A DNA stretch of 64,000 nt from positions 32,001 through 96,000 of IMG/VR virus record IMGVR_UViG_3300030330_004210, one strand, 5' to 3'. The stretch is from a virus. Its lineage: Duplodnaviria; Caudoviricetes. A program made the position numbers and the translations under genes. Numbering within the stretch: position 1 is the first letter of the stretch; every line of letters begins with the position of its first letter. Positions 37,401 to 48,538 of the stretch are shown in pieces. A model generated the notes under the pieces. That model ran no database searches and had not been told where the DNA came from. It worked only from the letters and a program-made list of their open reading frames with translations.

Positions 37401-38639
37401 TTAAAAATCCACCTTTAGTTTAAAAGTAAAGTCGCGCTCTTCTGTTTTCTTGACCGGAGTTGCTAAGTTAGCTATCCCAATCATGTTTCTGTTCTCATCA
37501 TAAATGGCTACTCTAGTGATATATGTCTCTTTATCAAAGCTTGCTGTTGGCGAAGAGAAAGAGGAGCTTACGACATTCTTTATCTTTAGTGGCGCTTCTT
37601 TGTAGAGCATTGATCCAGTTTGAGGGTTAGCGATTGAAGCACTCTGCTCCCACTCAAGATATGTGGGGTTGCCAGAATAATTAAGCTCGCCCTTGTTAGC
37701 GTGTGCTAGCATTGTCATGGTAGGAACCTCTTGGGTGCCCTCGAAACTTAACACATAACTTGAAGATGGTATAATAGCGTTTGCTGTTGTGGAAACCCCA
37801 TCGTTGGCACCAACACCAAAATACAACCACGAGGGCTTCTTTTTGTTGGTTGCATCGTTAATATAATCGCGTGTAACCGTAGAAAAGTCCCAACTCCCTG
37901 TGAGGAGTAGGAAGCCCTCTTTATAAAGAACCACACCGGCAACAGACCCGGAGCCATTTGCCTGTGCGTGAGCGGACCCACTTACCTGTATTAGCTCTCC
38001 ATTGCGTGCTTTATCTTGCGCCTCGGCAACAAGAGTTCCTGAAATGTAAAACTGTAGCTTAACGGAACCCTTTTTAATCTCCGAGCCATAGAAGATTGAA
38101 GGAATGGAGATAAGATTTAAAGCCTGTGTATCCTTGTTCCATTGTTCGGTGCCACGATTAGAAGTGTAAGAATAGTGATTGCTCATATATTTATAGCTAT
38201 TGAGCGTATTTTTAAGCGCAACTATTTCTTTTCTTGTAGCATTCTCTATGGAACTGGACCTTATTATGCTTGCAGACAAGGGATAGCTGCCACTCAAAAC
38301 ATCCCCATAAGAGAAATCAGAGTTATACTGTGCTGTCGATATTGTCTTAAAGGCAGTTGTGCTACCCTGCTTAGTTACATACGGGTAGATTAACGCTTTG
38401 TCCTCTACATTGTCTGTTCCTATCAGCCTACCCGTAGCTTCTTCGAGTCGGTCCACGTTTAGTTCGTAAAGACTGACGTTGCCGGGAGCAACATTGGGGA
38501 CGTACTTGTAGAAGCTGCCAGATTCTTCAGACCGGTTATTTAAGAATACTTGTCCATCGTATATTACAAACTCGGTCTTGGGATGGGTCTTAAGAACGTT
38601 AAAAAACTTGTCTGATTCTTTAAACTCATACAGAGGCAT
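37401..38639 (-). CDS. Baseplate / fibre-attachment structural protein (paralogue of 38651-39754)
   Basis: Shared EIKKGS, NYS.NPTY and YIT.V..Y.....A.L..P.KK motifs. Confidence 0.6.
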   Translation of the reverse strand: MPLYEFKESDKFFNVLKTHPKTEFVIYDGQVFLNNRSEESGSFYKYVPNVAPGNVSLYELNVDRLEEATGRLIGTDNVEDKALIYPYVTKQGSTTAFKTISTAQYNSDFSYGDVLSGSYPLSASIIRSSSIENATRKEIVALKNTLNSYKYMSNHYSYTSNRGTEQWNKDTQALNLISIPSIFYGSEIKKGSVKLQFYISGTLVAEAQDKARNGELIQVSGSAHAQANGSGSVAGVVLYKEGFLLLTGSWDFSTVTRDYINDATNKKKPSWLYFGVGANDGVSTTANAIIPSSSYVLSFEGTQEVPTMTMLAHANKGELNYSGNPTYLEWEQSASIANPQTGSMLYKEAPLKIKNVVSSSFSSPTASFDKETYITRVAIYDENRNMIGIANLATPVKKTEERDFTFKLKVDF

Positions 38640-38650
38640 CTGGACCTCCT

Positions 38651-39754
38651 TTAGTAATCGAGTCGGACGCGCAAAGTCAACTCGTTTGTAGGAGTCTTTT
38701 TGAGAGGTTCAGACAACTTTGCAACAGCAAGCAATTCATTGTCTGCCGAATATAGACCAACTGACGTAATATACGAGACCGGCATATCGCTACTCTTATT
38801 TTTCACCACAAGCTTACTAGAGTTTAGATAAGTTGGATTAGAAGAATAGTTGTATTCATTGTGCGATGCCCGACAGAAATAAATTGTTGAGTTTAGCTCT
38901 GTAGTGTTGTTGAAGGAGAGTGTTTTAATGGTGTTTCTTACACCATCACACGCCCCCGAAATAGAACCGGCAACACCCGTCATATAGCACTCATAACTAG
39001 AAGAGTTGGTATGAATATCTGAAGTTGCTGTCGTGGAGTAAGAGCCAGATCCGGGTGGTCCGAACAGACCTTTTCCAGTAGCCGCTTCGTTTAAGTCGCC
39101 ACCATAGACGGAGCCAGTTATTACTGCAATGCCAGCTTGGTAATAGATAAGCCCAACTTGCGATCCTGTAGTGCTAAATAAGAATCCATACTCTCCCGCT
39201 GGAGAATTTACTCGGTAGTCGGTCAGGGAGCCCGTGTCATTGATTGTTAGTTGCTCCACGGTATGCGAGCGAACAGGAATCTCAGCGCCTGTCAACAGTG
39301 TCATCGAGAAAGAGCCTTTCTTAATTTCGTCCTTATTAAGAAGGCGAGCAAAATTAATGAAGAAAACCTCTTTCATTTTGGTGCCGCCAGAAAGATCACC
39401 ATCTTTATCAAAATTGCGAATCGCTCCTGTCTCGTCATATCCAACAAGCATTTGTGCCATTTGATTATAAATGTTTATCTTTTTAGCCTGCTGCGCTTCC
39501 GTGTTCGGTGCCGACTTGGACAAAGAAGAGTTTGAGGCAAAGCCAACTGTGATATCAAAAATATGGTTTGCCGAAGAACTTAAGAAAGGGTAGTCAAAAA
39601 CACTCTGGAACATACCGTGAGCATAGTTCTTAATGTTTGCTTCGGCTGTGTAGGTCCCAGAAAGGATGGTGCCTGTAATAGGCACAGCCTCATGTAGGAG
39701 CGTGCGCGTTGTCGCGACATCATTGTTCATAAAATTCTTGAATATAGTAGCCAT
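38651..39754 (-). CDS. Baseplate / fibre-attachment structural protein
   Basis: C-terminus YITSVGLYSADNELLAVAKLSEPLKK resembles the end of tail-collar-fibre domains. Confidence 0.6.
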   Translation of the reverse strand: MATIFKNFMNNDVATTRTLLHEAVPITGTILSGTYTAEANIKNYAHGMFQSVFDYPFLSSSANHIFDITVGFASNSSLSKSAPNTEAQQAKKINIYNQMAQMLVGYDETGAIRNFDKDGDLSGGTKMKEVFFINFARLLNKDEIKKGSFSMTLLTGAEIPVRSHTVEQLTINDTGSLTDYRVNSPAGEYGFLFSTTGSQVGLIYYQAGIAVITGSVYGGDLNEAATGKGLFGPPGSGSYSTTATSDIHTNSSSYECYMTGVAGSISGACDGVRNTIKTLSFNNTTELNSTIYFCRASHNEYNYSSNPTYLNSSKLVVKNKSSDMPVSYITSVGLYSADNELLAVAKLSEPLKKTPTNELTLRVRLDY

Positions 39755-39776
39755 TATTTATCCTCTTGATTTAGAA

Positions 39777-40706
39777 TCACGACTTATACTTTACAAATCG
39801 AACTGGAACATCGACCCTATAGCCAGTCGTAGCCCCTGTCACCCTAATTGTAGTATCAATATAGTAATAGGTAACCGTAGTTCCGCTCGTAATGCTAAAC
39901 TCAGAACCAAGCTCTGTGAACAAGAACGTGCTAGAATTAAGGTCGATGGAAGCGTTAACCTTAAATTTCAGTGTCGTGCCTCTTGGTCCAGAAATTGACT
40001 CTGTTGCAGACGCCGCCGAGCCTGCATTGTTGTTTGTAACAAACTGGTTATCTGTGCCGAGCGACAAATAGTAAGAAGCGATGTTGTCATCATCAACAAA
40101 AGAAACAGCAGCGCTAGTTCCCGTTGTAGACACCAAGCTTCCAAGCCTGTTGTCCATCTCAACAATATACTGCGTCTCTACAAGATCAGCGTCTAAAACA
40201 TTGTCTGCTGAAATGGCTGTGGTATCTAGACCTTGATCAAGGCGAACAAATGAGCCGCCATCCAACGTGGCACCCATAATCCACCCATCGCCAAGATTTT
40301 GACCAGTAATGGAAGAATCGCCGTTACCAACATATTTCTCAGTATCACTATCAACCGCTATACCAAAATAAGCACCTGTGTACATTGCATTGCCAGCATT
40401 GAGTGTGTTCAATTCAATAACTGGAAGATAGAGCAAGTTTGTTCTAGAAATCGACAACAGCTTTGACTTCATCGAAGACGCATTGTTAGTGAACGCTTCA
40501 AGAACAGGCGTTTGAAGTATCTCTAGGTCGTAATATGCAGATCCACTTGTGTGGTTTTTATCGTAGTTTCCATAGTCAATTTCGTCGTCCGAAAAAGCAA
40601 ACTTTGCAATTTTGAAACTACCATCACCGCGTGCTAAACGCATCCTGCCTGTATCTGTTAAGACAGCATCTAAGATGATGTCTCCTGAATTATCTAAGAA
40701 AGCCAT
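39777..40706 (-). CDS. Baseplate / fibre-attachment structural protein
   Basis: N-terminus DAVLTDTGRMRLARG...KIAKFAFSDDEIDY resembles the start of tail-collar-fibre domains. Confidence 0.55.
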   Translation of the reverse strand: MAFLDNSGDIILDAVLTDTGRMRLARGDGSFKIAKFAFSDDEIDYGNYDKNHTSGSAYYDLEILQTPVLEAFTNNASSMKSKLLSISRTNLLYLPVIELNTLNAGNAMYTGAYFGIAVDSDTEKYVGNGDSSITGQNLGDGWIMGATLDGGSFVRLDQGLDTTAISADNVLDADLVETQYIVEMDNRLGSLVSTTGTSAAVSFVDDDNIASYYLSLGTDNQFVTNNNAGSAASATESISGPRGTTLKFKVNASIDLNSSTFLFTELGSEFSITSGTTVTYYYIDTTIRVTGATTGYRVDVPVRFVKYKS

Positions 40707-40763
40707 TGTCTATCCCTTCTCCTATAAATAGTGTTTAATATAATTAGTTTCCCTTTTATCTTT

Positions 40764-43598
40764 CTACCCCAGCAACTCTAACGTTTCGGGCTCAGAGGCA
40801 ACTGTTTTTCTTAAGTGTTTTTCTTCCGAGGTTACCTCGTGTCGTCTCTTGTAAGTGACGTTTAAATCAATCTTTCTGCCAGTGGACTTAGAAATAAATC
40901 TTACTTTAAATTTCTTACCCCACAAGCTTTCATCCTCAACTCCCAGTGCATACGACCTCACCTCAAGTGCCGATTCGGCATCTTCTAGGTTTGATTTTGC
41001 GGCATTAAACAAGCCCTGCGTTACTCGTGGCACAATATGCACATATCGTTTTGCTTGTCGCACTGGATCATATGGCTCTGGTATTTCCTCCAGATCTATA
41101 ATGTTGGTTATCATGTATACAGCCCCGTCATTATCAACTAGCTGTATTTCATAAACTTTTGTAGGATTCGACCTATTGCCATGTACATCAACCGTTCTAA
41201 AGGTGTAGTAATACTTTTGATTTGGAAGAACATCATCAACCATGGAAGCTGACGACGCCCTCTCAAACGACTCCGCTTCAATCTGTGTCGTGAGATAGGC
41301 TCGTTGGTTGTTCGCAAAATCTGAATATTTTTCTGGTCTGACTGAAAGTCTCAAAACCTCAAATGCACTGGCATTATCATCTGAACGATATGTAATCTTA
41401 TCTGTCGGGCTTAAAAACTTGTCGCGCCTTATATCGTTTATGAGCTTTCTATCTGACTGGTAAATTGGTATTGGATACATCTCTTGCTCACCAACAGTTG
41501 AATTGAGCCAGATCAAAGCCTTGCCGTTCTCGCCTCTATATGGCACTATATTAACATCGGGCGGCAACGGAGGAGAGTCCACCATTCTACCCGTATGCGT
41601 AAAAAATGGGACTTCGACCAACTTAACAGATGGATAACTTATCGCGTCCAGACACGCTTTGTACTGGTGCCTGATTGGCAACTGCTGTATCTGGGCTGGC
41701 ACGCTTATGCTGTCAATCTGTCCAACCCTATAGCTCTTAACAACATTGAGCACAGATCTTGATAAAACTGCAAAGTCAAAGCCATACTCGTTAGCAATAT
41801 ATCTGATTACCTCGGCAAAGTATAGGAAATTTTTAAGTGAAACAAACTGACCCGAGTAGAGATAGACTGTAACAATTCCCATTGCTGTATTTGTAATTTG
41901 TGTTGTATCAACGCCTAGAACAGCTAAAGTCTCAACAAGACGCTGCGCGTCTTTTATAGCCAACTCAACATCTATAACAGGATCATCTAGAATTACCGCA
42001 CCATGTAGCTCGGGCATCTGCACATCTGGGCATGTTTGTGTGTATTCTGGCTCTTGTGGGGGTGCCATGTTCCACTGTAAATAAGTATACTCCGACCCAA
42101 TAACTAACTGATAAGCAAAAACACGATATGTGTAAGTGCTATTATACTTAACCTGTGTATCTACAAGATTTATAACGTCTATGTTGTTGGAATTTGGGAA
42201 CCAATAGTTCTGAATTGGCTGGCTATTTTCTGGTCTTCCTTTATATTTGGCTACTCTGTAAACAACTGTTTCTGTGTGGCACGGCTTACCCTCGATTATC
42301 TCTTCAATTGAGCGAGTCTTGTCCTTAACAATATCTCTTAGTTTGCCAGAAAATATTAACAAACTCAAAGCTTGAGAAAGATTGTTCTGCTGAACTCCAG
42401 AGCTTATATAGACAGATCGCGTGTTCGGTCCAACAAAAGTTTGATCTGCATATACGGGTGGAATAAGACCCTGCATATATCTCTTCCACCACACCATAAG
42501 ATCTAGGTGTTTAAAGTTTCCAATTTGTGATGTAACACCGCCGTTCTTATCAGCGAAGTAAGATAGATTTTGCTTTGTGACATAAAAGTTTGTTGTTCCG
42601 CCACCCATAAGGCTTAGAAGAGAGGCATTCATTCCCCCACATCCAGCAGCAACGTGCCTTTGCAAAGAGGTTGACAGGCTTGCGTCTTCAAGTATTTGTG
42701 CCACTTCTGTTACACTATCTGTCGAAAACTTAACTTCGACAAACATAGGGAAGGACTCTTTCATAGTGGTATCAGAAATTAAATCTAAATTCTCAAATGG
42801 AACAATGAAGTTTTTGAATCTAAGGTAAAAGTCCTTCATAAACCTTGCTTTAGCTTTTTTGTAGGCATACGACACAAGGTGAAAATATGATGGAGAGTCT
42901 GCACCGGTAAAGACTGACTCATACGCTTGCGCTTTTCTTCTAACTGTACTTCTTATTTGAGCCTTCTGCTTTTCAATTCGACCTTGAAGAGTCTTTAGGT
43001 TACGCATATTTCTAGATATATCATCTGATATAAAGGCGTAGAGATTCGGGAGGTATTCCTCTCGAATAGAAACAATTGACTCTTCGTATTCAGAATTATT
43101 GTAGTTGTATTTAAAGTCTACATCAACAAACCCAAGACCCGATACATCTCCTATTTTTTTACGCTCTAACTGGTTGAATGGCGTGTCAATTCTAAAAGAA
43201 TAATCACTAAGCCTTCCGGCTTGTAGTGGTGCAAGCCCATACAAGAGGGTAAGCCAATCTTCGTAGTTTCCTCCTTGCTGACCCCACCACTCTTCATCCC
43301 CAACAAAGCATATTCTCTGTTGTTTTGAGGCAAACGGCGGGTCGCGGAGCAATCTCGTTGTCACCTTGTCATAAGATATTTTTAGATGATTGTTGGTTTC
43401 AAAATTTTCAAGAGCACCCGGAACACCGTATTTTAGATCTCCAATAGAGGCGACCCAATGCTTTCCTATTGTCTCTCTAAAAGTATCAGACATCTTATAC
43501 TGCACCATAGCAGCGGCGGCTCTAGATCTCCTGACCGCCTGACTCGTGGGTCTTAATATATCAATAAAGACATATGTGTTTTTCTTACTAGATTGCAT
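40764..43598 (-). CDS. Large virion-associated protein with FN3-like segments
   Basis: DTQVKYNSTYTYRVFAY and PNQKYYYTFRTVDVHGNRS are FN3-type tyrosine-corner strands. Confidence 0.55.
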   Translation of the reverse strand: MQSSKKNTYVFIDILRPTSQAVRRSRAAAAMVQYKMSDTFRETIGKHWVASIGDLKYGVPGALENFETNNHLKISYDKVTTRLLRDPPFASKQQRICFVGDEEWWGQQGGNYEDWLTLLYGLAPLQAGRLSDYSFRIDTPFNQLERKKIGDVSGLGFVDVDFKYNYNNSEYEESIVSIREEYLPNLYAFISDDISRNMRNLKTLQGRIEKQKAQIRSTVRRKAQAYESVFTGADSPSYFHLVSYAYKKAKARFMKDFYLRFKNFIVPFENLDLISDTTMKESFPMFVEVKFSTDSVTEVAQILEDASLSTSLQRHVAAGCGGMNASLLSLMGGGTTNFYVTKQNLSYFADKNGGVTSQIGNFKHLDLMVWWKRYMQGLIPPVYADQTFVGPNTRSVYISSGVQQNNLSQALSLLIFSGKLRDIVKDKTRSIEEIIEGKPCHTETVVYRVAKYKGRPENSQPIQNYWFPNSNNIDVINLVDTQVKYNSTYTYRVFAYQLVIGSEYTYLQWNMAPPQEPEYTQTCPDVQMPELHGAVILDDPVIDVELAIKDAQRLVETLAVLGVDTTQITNTAMGIVTVYLYSGQFVSLKNFLYFAEVIRYIANEYGFDFAVLSRSVLNVVKSYRVGQIDSISVPAQIQQLPIRHQYKACLDAISYPSVKLVEVPFFTHTGRMVDSPPLPPDVNIVPYRGENGKALIWLNSTVGEQEMYPIPIYQSDRKLINDIRRDKFLSPTDKITYRSDDNASAFEVLRLSVRPEKYSDFANNQRAYLTTQIEAESFERASSASMVDDVLPNQKYYYTFRTVDVHGNRSNPTKVYEIQLVDNDGAVYMITNIIDLEEIPEPYDPVRQAKRYVHIVPRVTQGLFNAAKSNLEDAESALEVRSYALGVEDESLWGKKFKVRFISKSTGRKIDLNVTYKRRHEVTSEEKHLRKTVASEPETLELLG

Positions 43599-46500
43599 TA
43601 ATAGCCTCCACCGCCGCCGCTGGATCGACCACCCCCGCTAGTGCCAGTAGTTCTAGTAGGGGCTCTAGGAGTGCTCGCCCTTTCAGGCGATGCGTATGAC
43701 ATTGTTGGTTGCGCTGAAGGTGTCGCCATCTCTGAAGATGTGCCCTCCTGCACTCTAGGTGATGACTCGCTCGCTTTTCCATAAACCTTCTCAACATACT
43801 CGGGTATAAAATCTTTGACTTGCTCGGTTTCTGCTCCAGAAGAAGGTGGCTTTGAGCCATTCGTCTGCATGCCAGTTGGCTGACTCTCGTACTTCTCTAC
43901 TGTATCCGCAACAACTGCCCCAAGAACAGCGTCAATCATAGAGACATAATCGTAGTCGTCGGTTGGTGTTGTTTTCAAGAAGTCCTCATCTTTTGACTCT
44001 TCGTAAGTGTCATCCTGCTTAGTATTTAAAATAAACTCGGGAGGCGCTAAAACTAGAATAGGAATGTCTGCTGGAGCCTCGTCTTGTTCCTGCTCTGGAA
44101 CGGTCTCTCTTCGAGCTTGTTCAGGCTGGCGATTTGGTGGTAAAGCTATTGTACAAACACCCTGTGCCTCGTCTAGTAGCAAATCAAATATATTTTCCAT
44201 CTCGTTTTGATCTGGCAAATTCTTATTAGGCTCTGTAACATCGCCCGAAGAGTTTTTTGACCTTGCTTGATTTAATATTGTCTTGAGAGCCGACCTTGGA
44301 ACGTATGCATATTTTCTACTTATGTCTACGCCACTTTGCAAAAGCGCATCATAAACACTTTGCACACCTCTTCTACGACGCGCTCTTCTGCGCGACACCC
44401 TTGTAGCTACTGCTTCATCAGAGGCAATGTGAAAATATTGATTGTAAATTGGCATGCCAGAGAACTTAGACTGACCCACGCCATAGATATCATCATAATA
44501 GTTTGTCATCTTGCACAAAATTGTTTTCCTGCTTGTACGAAGCGCAGCCATGACACCATACGTCAAAGGCTTCCATACCGGGTAACTAACTTGAGAGCCC
44601 TCGGTTGTAGCCCTCTGGTAGCCACTCAGATACTCAACCTTACTAATTACCTGATAATTTAACATAAACATTAAAGAAGTTTTATAACTTTTAGCTACAT
44701 CATAATTTTGCTCAAACCAGTTGTTCTTTGAAACGTCCGCATTGCTTGAAAAGAAAAGCGATTTAATTTGGTTGGGTATCTGCCTTACTCTCTCTACCTG
44801 AAGCTCGTCGGGTGGTTGGATATACTTATCAAAAACAGCACATTCGTCGCCAGCCAAATCAAAACAAGCTATTGACAGTTGGTTTTCCATAGCATCGTCA
44901 ATACTGAAAAAAGATGCCATGCCCAGTAACCCCGCAGTTGATGTCGAGCCCTCTAAGGTAGACTCCTTTACATCCCCTTCGGAAAATAAACTTTTTTCCC
45001 CTAAAACATTTGACGCACCATCTAAGCCGCTTATAAGCCCACCAAATGTTGTTCCCATCGTCACCCCTTGAGAGCCTAAGAAACTAGTGTCTGTGGGCGT
45101 ATTTTTGCCTGCCAACATTGCCAACGCAGAGATGCCAAACTTTGTATACCTCTCAATATTCGTAGAAATATCCGAGTTACTAATCAAGTTTAAAAATCCA
45201 TCACTCCCTGCGTAAGCGACTGCGGGAGTTAGGTATGTTGCCCCATACGAAACAACATCTCCAAACTCTGGAGTTGGGACGACACCACTATCTCCTATAG
45301 GCGACATTCTGCTAGACCCGTTAACAAAATATTTATTGTTTTCCTTTTCTAGTCTAGACAGGTAATCTGCTACCGTAATTGTGAAAGGACCGGAGTAGTC
45401 GTTCCTATTTGGAATGCCCAAATAGTTTATACCATATTTTTGGTCCACGTCAGCATCATATATCCCTGTAAACGAGTGCGTATCTGTTAGAACAAATTTT
45501 TCATAAGAAGAACTCTTCCCTGATTTTTCAGAGACATCTACAGAAACCCTCTTCTTGTCCCCAAGGAGGCTGACTAAGATATCTTCCATTTTCTGCATCA
45601 ACTTCAAGACAGCAGATACACCTTCCGGTGTGCCAGTTTGAGGATTAGACAAGCCATATAGTTTTTCGTATATGGTCCTCACTCTAGTAGTGCTTATTTC
45701 GTTGTAAAGCATTTCTATCAAAGAACATAGCCTAGCTGGAGCTTGAACCCAAGGGTATTTAGAGGCGTCCTCATCTAACAAATCATAGTGTCTTTTTAGA
45801 CCAGATGTGAAAGACTTGTTCTTATCGTCGTAGTAATCAGGAGTCGAACAGAGATTATTATACAACTCAAAAGCTGACTTAGCTTTTGAAAACGATGCGA
45901 AATGATCGTTCAAATAATTAACAGAACCGTCCTTAACTTTTAGCTCCAGAGAATACTGATATAAGCCATCAGTTTTCTCACTTACACTATTGTCTGTTAC
46001 AGAAAAGGTTCGAGTGCCAGAAGAGTTTTCAAGATCAATTTCTCTAATTGACCCGTTGTCACTCTTAATGCTCGCTAAAATTCCACGAACATCAGATGAT
46101 TCCACAATAAGCACAGGCGTCTCCCTTGTGTTAAGAAAAGCGTTTTCTCTAAAGGGCGCTCCCTTAACTGGAGAATTGATATTATTGAACGACAAAGAGT
46201 CGTCAACTCGATTTCGATACACCTTTAATGAGGTTATGCCAGATTGTTGCATGACTTCAATCTGTCTCTGCTGATCAAGTAGCGCACTAAACAATTTTCC
46301 GTACTCGCTACCCTGCTTAAAAAACTCTTGCTGATCAAATGAAAAAGTGAAGGAGCATCTTCTTTTTTCTCCAACCAAGTCACTACTAATGAAGGCTTCT
46401 GAAAAGTAAGAGATACTCTCTGGTACCTTGATTTGAGTAGCGCTGGTTTTATCACCTATCCTATCAATAATTGACTCTAGCGGCTTTAAATTAATCTCTT

Positions 46501-47371
46501 TTTCTAGGGGACTGTCAATATCTCGAAAATCTTGGACCTTAGAGTTTGTTACTGTTTCTCGTGTTAATATGGGGTGAGGAGCGTTAACGTGTCGCTCGCC
46601 CGCCATCCACACGCCATTGTGCTGATGCACGGCTCCGGTCCACAACTTGCCCTCTGGTGTGTAAAAGATGTATGCCTGCGAAACAACTTGTCCACCCTGT
46701 ATAACCACTTCCGAAGCGATACTTTTTGAAACAACGCCCTGCTTCTTATTGTAGCCATACATATTCAAATTGTAATCAGCTATCATTTCCTGAATGTCAA
46801 AGAAGCAAAAAGCGAAGTAAGACAGGTGCTGTGGCGAATCCTCCGGTAAAAAGAATTTTGCTTCGTATGGTATGTCTGCAACGAGCCCTCTTCCAGAAGC
46901 GGGAGTCGAATAAAATTCATCTATGTTGCTATAATACTTATCAAGTGATATAACCCTTTCATCATAAAACGGGGTTTTTTTGCCATTTTTTAAGGCTGTT
47001 AAGTCTCCTCGACGCAGGCGGCTAGACAACCTATTGCTCGTGCTTTGAATAACTTTTAAGTGCATATACTTTAAAAGCTGTGCGTCGTAAAACCACGAAC
47101 TTAGTGAACTGCTTTCAATCATATCCTTTACAATCAAATCGACTGTAATGTAGCAGCCGTTTCTATTTTGTTGAGTCCTGCCCTGCCTGTACTCCACTAC
47201 GCCCTGAATGTCCTCTCTTGATATATAATCCACAATATGAGGGTTGTCTGACTTTTCAGGGGGCACAGAGTTATTTTCTATTGTAACCTTGTCAATAGAG
47301 ACCAAGGGCATCAAGCGCTGTTCGTATGTGCCATTTCCGAAAATTCCTTCGTAATCTAAAGCCTGATACAT
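43598..47371 (-). CDS. Large virion-associated protein (1257 aa)
   Basis: Uninterrupted ORF in the baseplate block; His-cluster motif and low-complexity C-terminus. Confidence 0.55.
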   Translation of the reverse strand: MYQALDYEGIFGNGTYEQRLMPLVSIDKVTIENNSVPPEKSDNPHIVDYISREDIQGVVEYRQGRTQQNRNGCYITVDLIVKDMIESSSLSSWFYDAQLLKYMHLKVIQSTSNRLSSRLRRGDLTALKNGKKTPFYDERVISLDKYYSNIDEFYSTPASGRGLVADIPYEAKFFLPEDSPQHLSYFAFCFFDIQEMIADYNLNMYGYNKKQGVVSKSIASEVVIQGGQVVSQAYIFYTPEGKLWTGAVHQHNGVWMAGERHVNAPHPILTRETVTNSKVQDFRDIDSPLEKEINLKPLESIIDRIGDKTSATQIKVPESISYFSEAFISSDLVGEKRRCSFTFSFDQQEFFKQGSEYGKLFSALLDQQRQIEVMQQSGITSLKVYRNRVDDSLSFNNINSPVKGAPFRENAFLNTRETPVLIVESSDVRGILASIKSDNGSIREIDLENSSGTRTFSVTDNSVSEKTDGLYQYSLELKVKDGSVNYLNDHFASFSKAKSAFELYNNLCSTPDYYDDKNKSFTSGLKRHYDLLDEDASKYPWVQAPARLCSLIEMLYNEISTTRVRTIYEKLYGLSNPQTGTPEGVSAVLKLMQKMEDILVSLLGDKKRVSVDVSEKSGKSSSYEKFVLTDTHSFTGIYDADVDQKYGINYLGIPNRNDYSGPFTITVADYLSRLEKENNKYFVNGSSRMSPIGDSGVVPTPEFGDVVSYGATYLTPAVAYAGSDGFLNLISNSDISTNIERYTKFGISALAMLAGKNTPTDTSFLGSQGVTMGTTFGGLISGLDGASNVLGEKSLFSEGDVKESTLEGSTSTAGLLGMASFFSIDDAMENQLSIACFDLAGDECAVFDKYIQPPDELQVERVRQIPNQIKSLFFSSNADVSKNNWFEQNYDVAKSYKTSLMFMLNYQVISKVEYLSGYQRATTEGSQVSYPVWKPLTYGVMAALRTSRKTILCKMTNYYDDIYGVGQSKFSGMPIYNQYFHIASDEAVATRVSRRRARRRRGVQSVYDALLQSGVDISRKYAYVPRSALKTILNQARSKNSSGDVTEPNKNLPDQNEMENIFDLLLDEAQGVCTIALPPNRQPEQARRETVPEQEQDEAPADIPILVLAPPEFILNTKQDDTYEESKDEDFLKTTPTDDYDYVSMIDAVLGAVVADTVEKYESQPTGMQTNGSKPPSSGAETEQVKDFIPEYVEKVYGKASESSPRVQEGTSSEMATPSAQPTMSYASPERASTPRAPTRTTGTSGGGRSSGGGGGY

Positions 47372-47372
47372 G

Positions 47373-48491
47373 TTAACTCACTCCCAAAGAGTTTCCAGAG
47401 CCATCGGGACTCTGCACTTCACATTTGCTGTCAGAGTCGGGCTCCTCGACGCCACTATAAAGATTGGCTGTGGAAGAGTAAGATGGAATGTCTGGGCATT
47501 CGAACTCTGTATCAACAAGGATGCCCTTGGCTTTAAGCTCACTTATCGCTTTACACATGGTAAGATCGCCTATTTCATTATCTACAAAAATGTCAAAGAA
47601 ATACTCTACATAGCTTGGATCCAAGTCAGAGTTCACGCCTTCATCATCAACCAGTATGCCATCAACAATTGGCTGGCTCTTTTTCTTAAACTTCATTGGG
47701 ATTAGCTCATCTCTTGTAGAGCCGTTTGCCAAAGTTTCTGTCTTAACCTCATACACTTCAATATCAAAGTTTTCCATTTTGTATGGAGCGTTCTCTTCGA
47801 GAAGGTCCAATAGAATGTAATCTGCTTCTACCTCGACAAACGTACCATCATCAAATATGCCTTCCCTCAAAACAGGCTCTGATTCGATTGGCTGATATAT
47901 GCCTCCCGGCACCAAGATACCGTCCTCATCAAAGACAGGCTCGGCGTCGGCACCCTCTGGCTGGGGCGGCTTAAGTTCTGTGCTTCTTATTTTTGTTTTG
48001 TATGTAATTGATGCGTCTATCTGCGGCGTGCGACGAGATGCATGACTGCCCGTGTAGGCAAAAGACCAGTTAAGCATTTCGTTATGATAAAACTTCATAT
48101 TCCATTGTGGTGCCTCTTCGGATGACAGATCAGATGTCCCTAGCGGCGAATATAAAGCCCCATAATTCTTATCTACAGTTGAGGGGAACCTTATTTTTTG
48201 ATCCTCTCTAAGGTGTGGTCTGTCGTCGATAAAAGCATTGTATCTTGTTATCTGCTCGCCTCTGCCCTCAAAGGAGTGCTGTGTTCTTAAGCTTGGCGTT
48301 TCGCTTTGTATTCTTGTCTCATTATCATTCTGAGAACTTGAGAAAGCTGCATACCTTGTATCGTATATAACGCCATTATCATAAAAAGAGTAATACTTCG
48401 GATTAAACTTGCCCACGGAGAGCAGGTATTCTCCATATTTAGTAAGCTCTATATCGATTACATCTTGCTTTTGGTCAAAAAAGGTTGCCAT
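47373..48491 (-). CDS. Structural protein, N-terminal paralogue of 39777-40706
   Basis: FFD...IDIELTKYGEYLLSVGKF...YSFYDNGVIYD. Confidence 0.55.
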   Translation of the reverse strand: MATFFDQKQDVIDIELTKYGEYLLSVGKFNPKYYSFYDNGVIYDTRYAAFSSSQNDNETRIQSETPSLRTQHSFEGRGEQITRYNAFIDDRPHLREDQKIRFPSTVDKNYGALYSPLGTSDLSSEEAPQWNMKFYHNEMLNWSFAYTGSHASRRTPQIDASITYKTKIRSTELKPPQPEGADAEPVFDEDGILVPGGIYQPIESEPVLREGIFDDGTFVEVEADYILLDLLEENAPYKMENFDIEVYEVKTETLANGSTRDELIPMKFKKKSQPIVDGILVDDEGVNSDLDPSYVEYFFDIFVDNEIGDLTMCKAISELKAKGILVDTEFECPDIPSYSSTANLYSGVEEPDSDSKCEVQSPDGSGNSLGVS

Positions 48492-48538
48492 TATATTAAT
48501 TAGAATCCTGCTCTGTTTTCAGCGATGTTTTATGCTGA

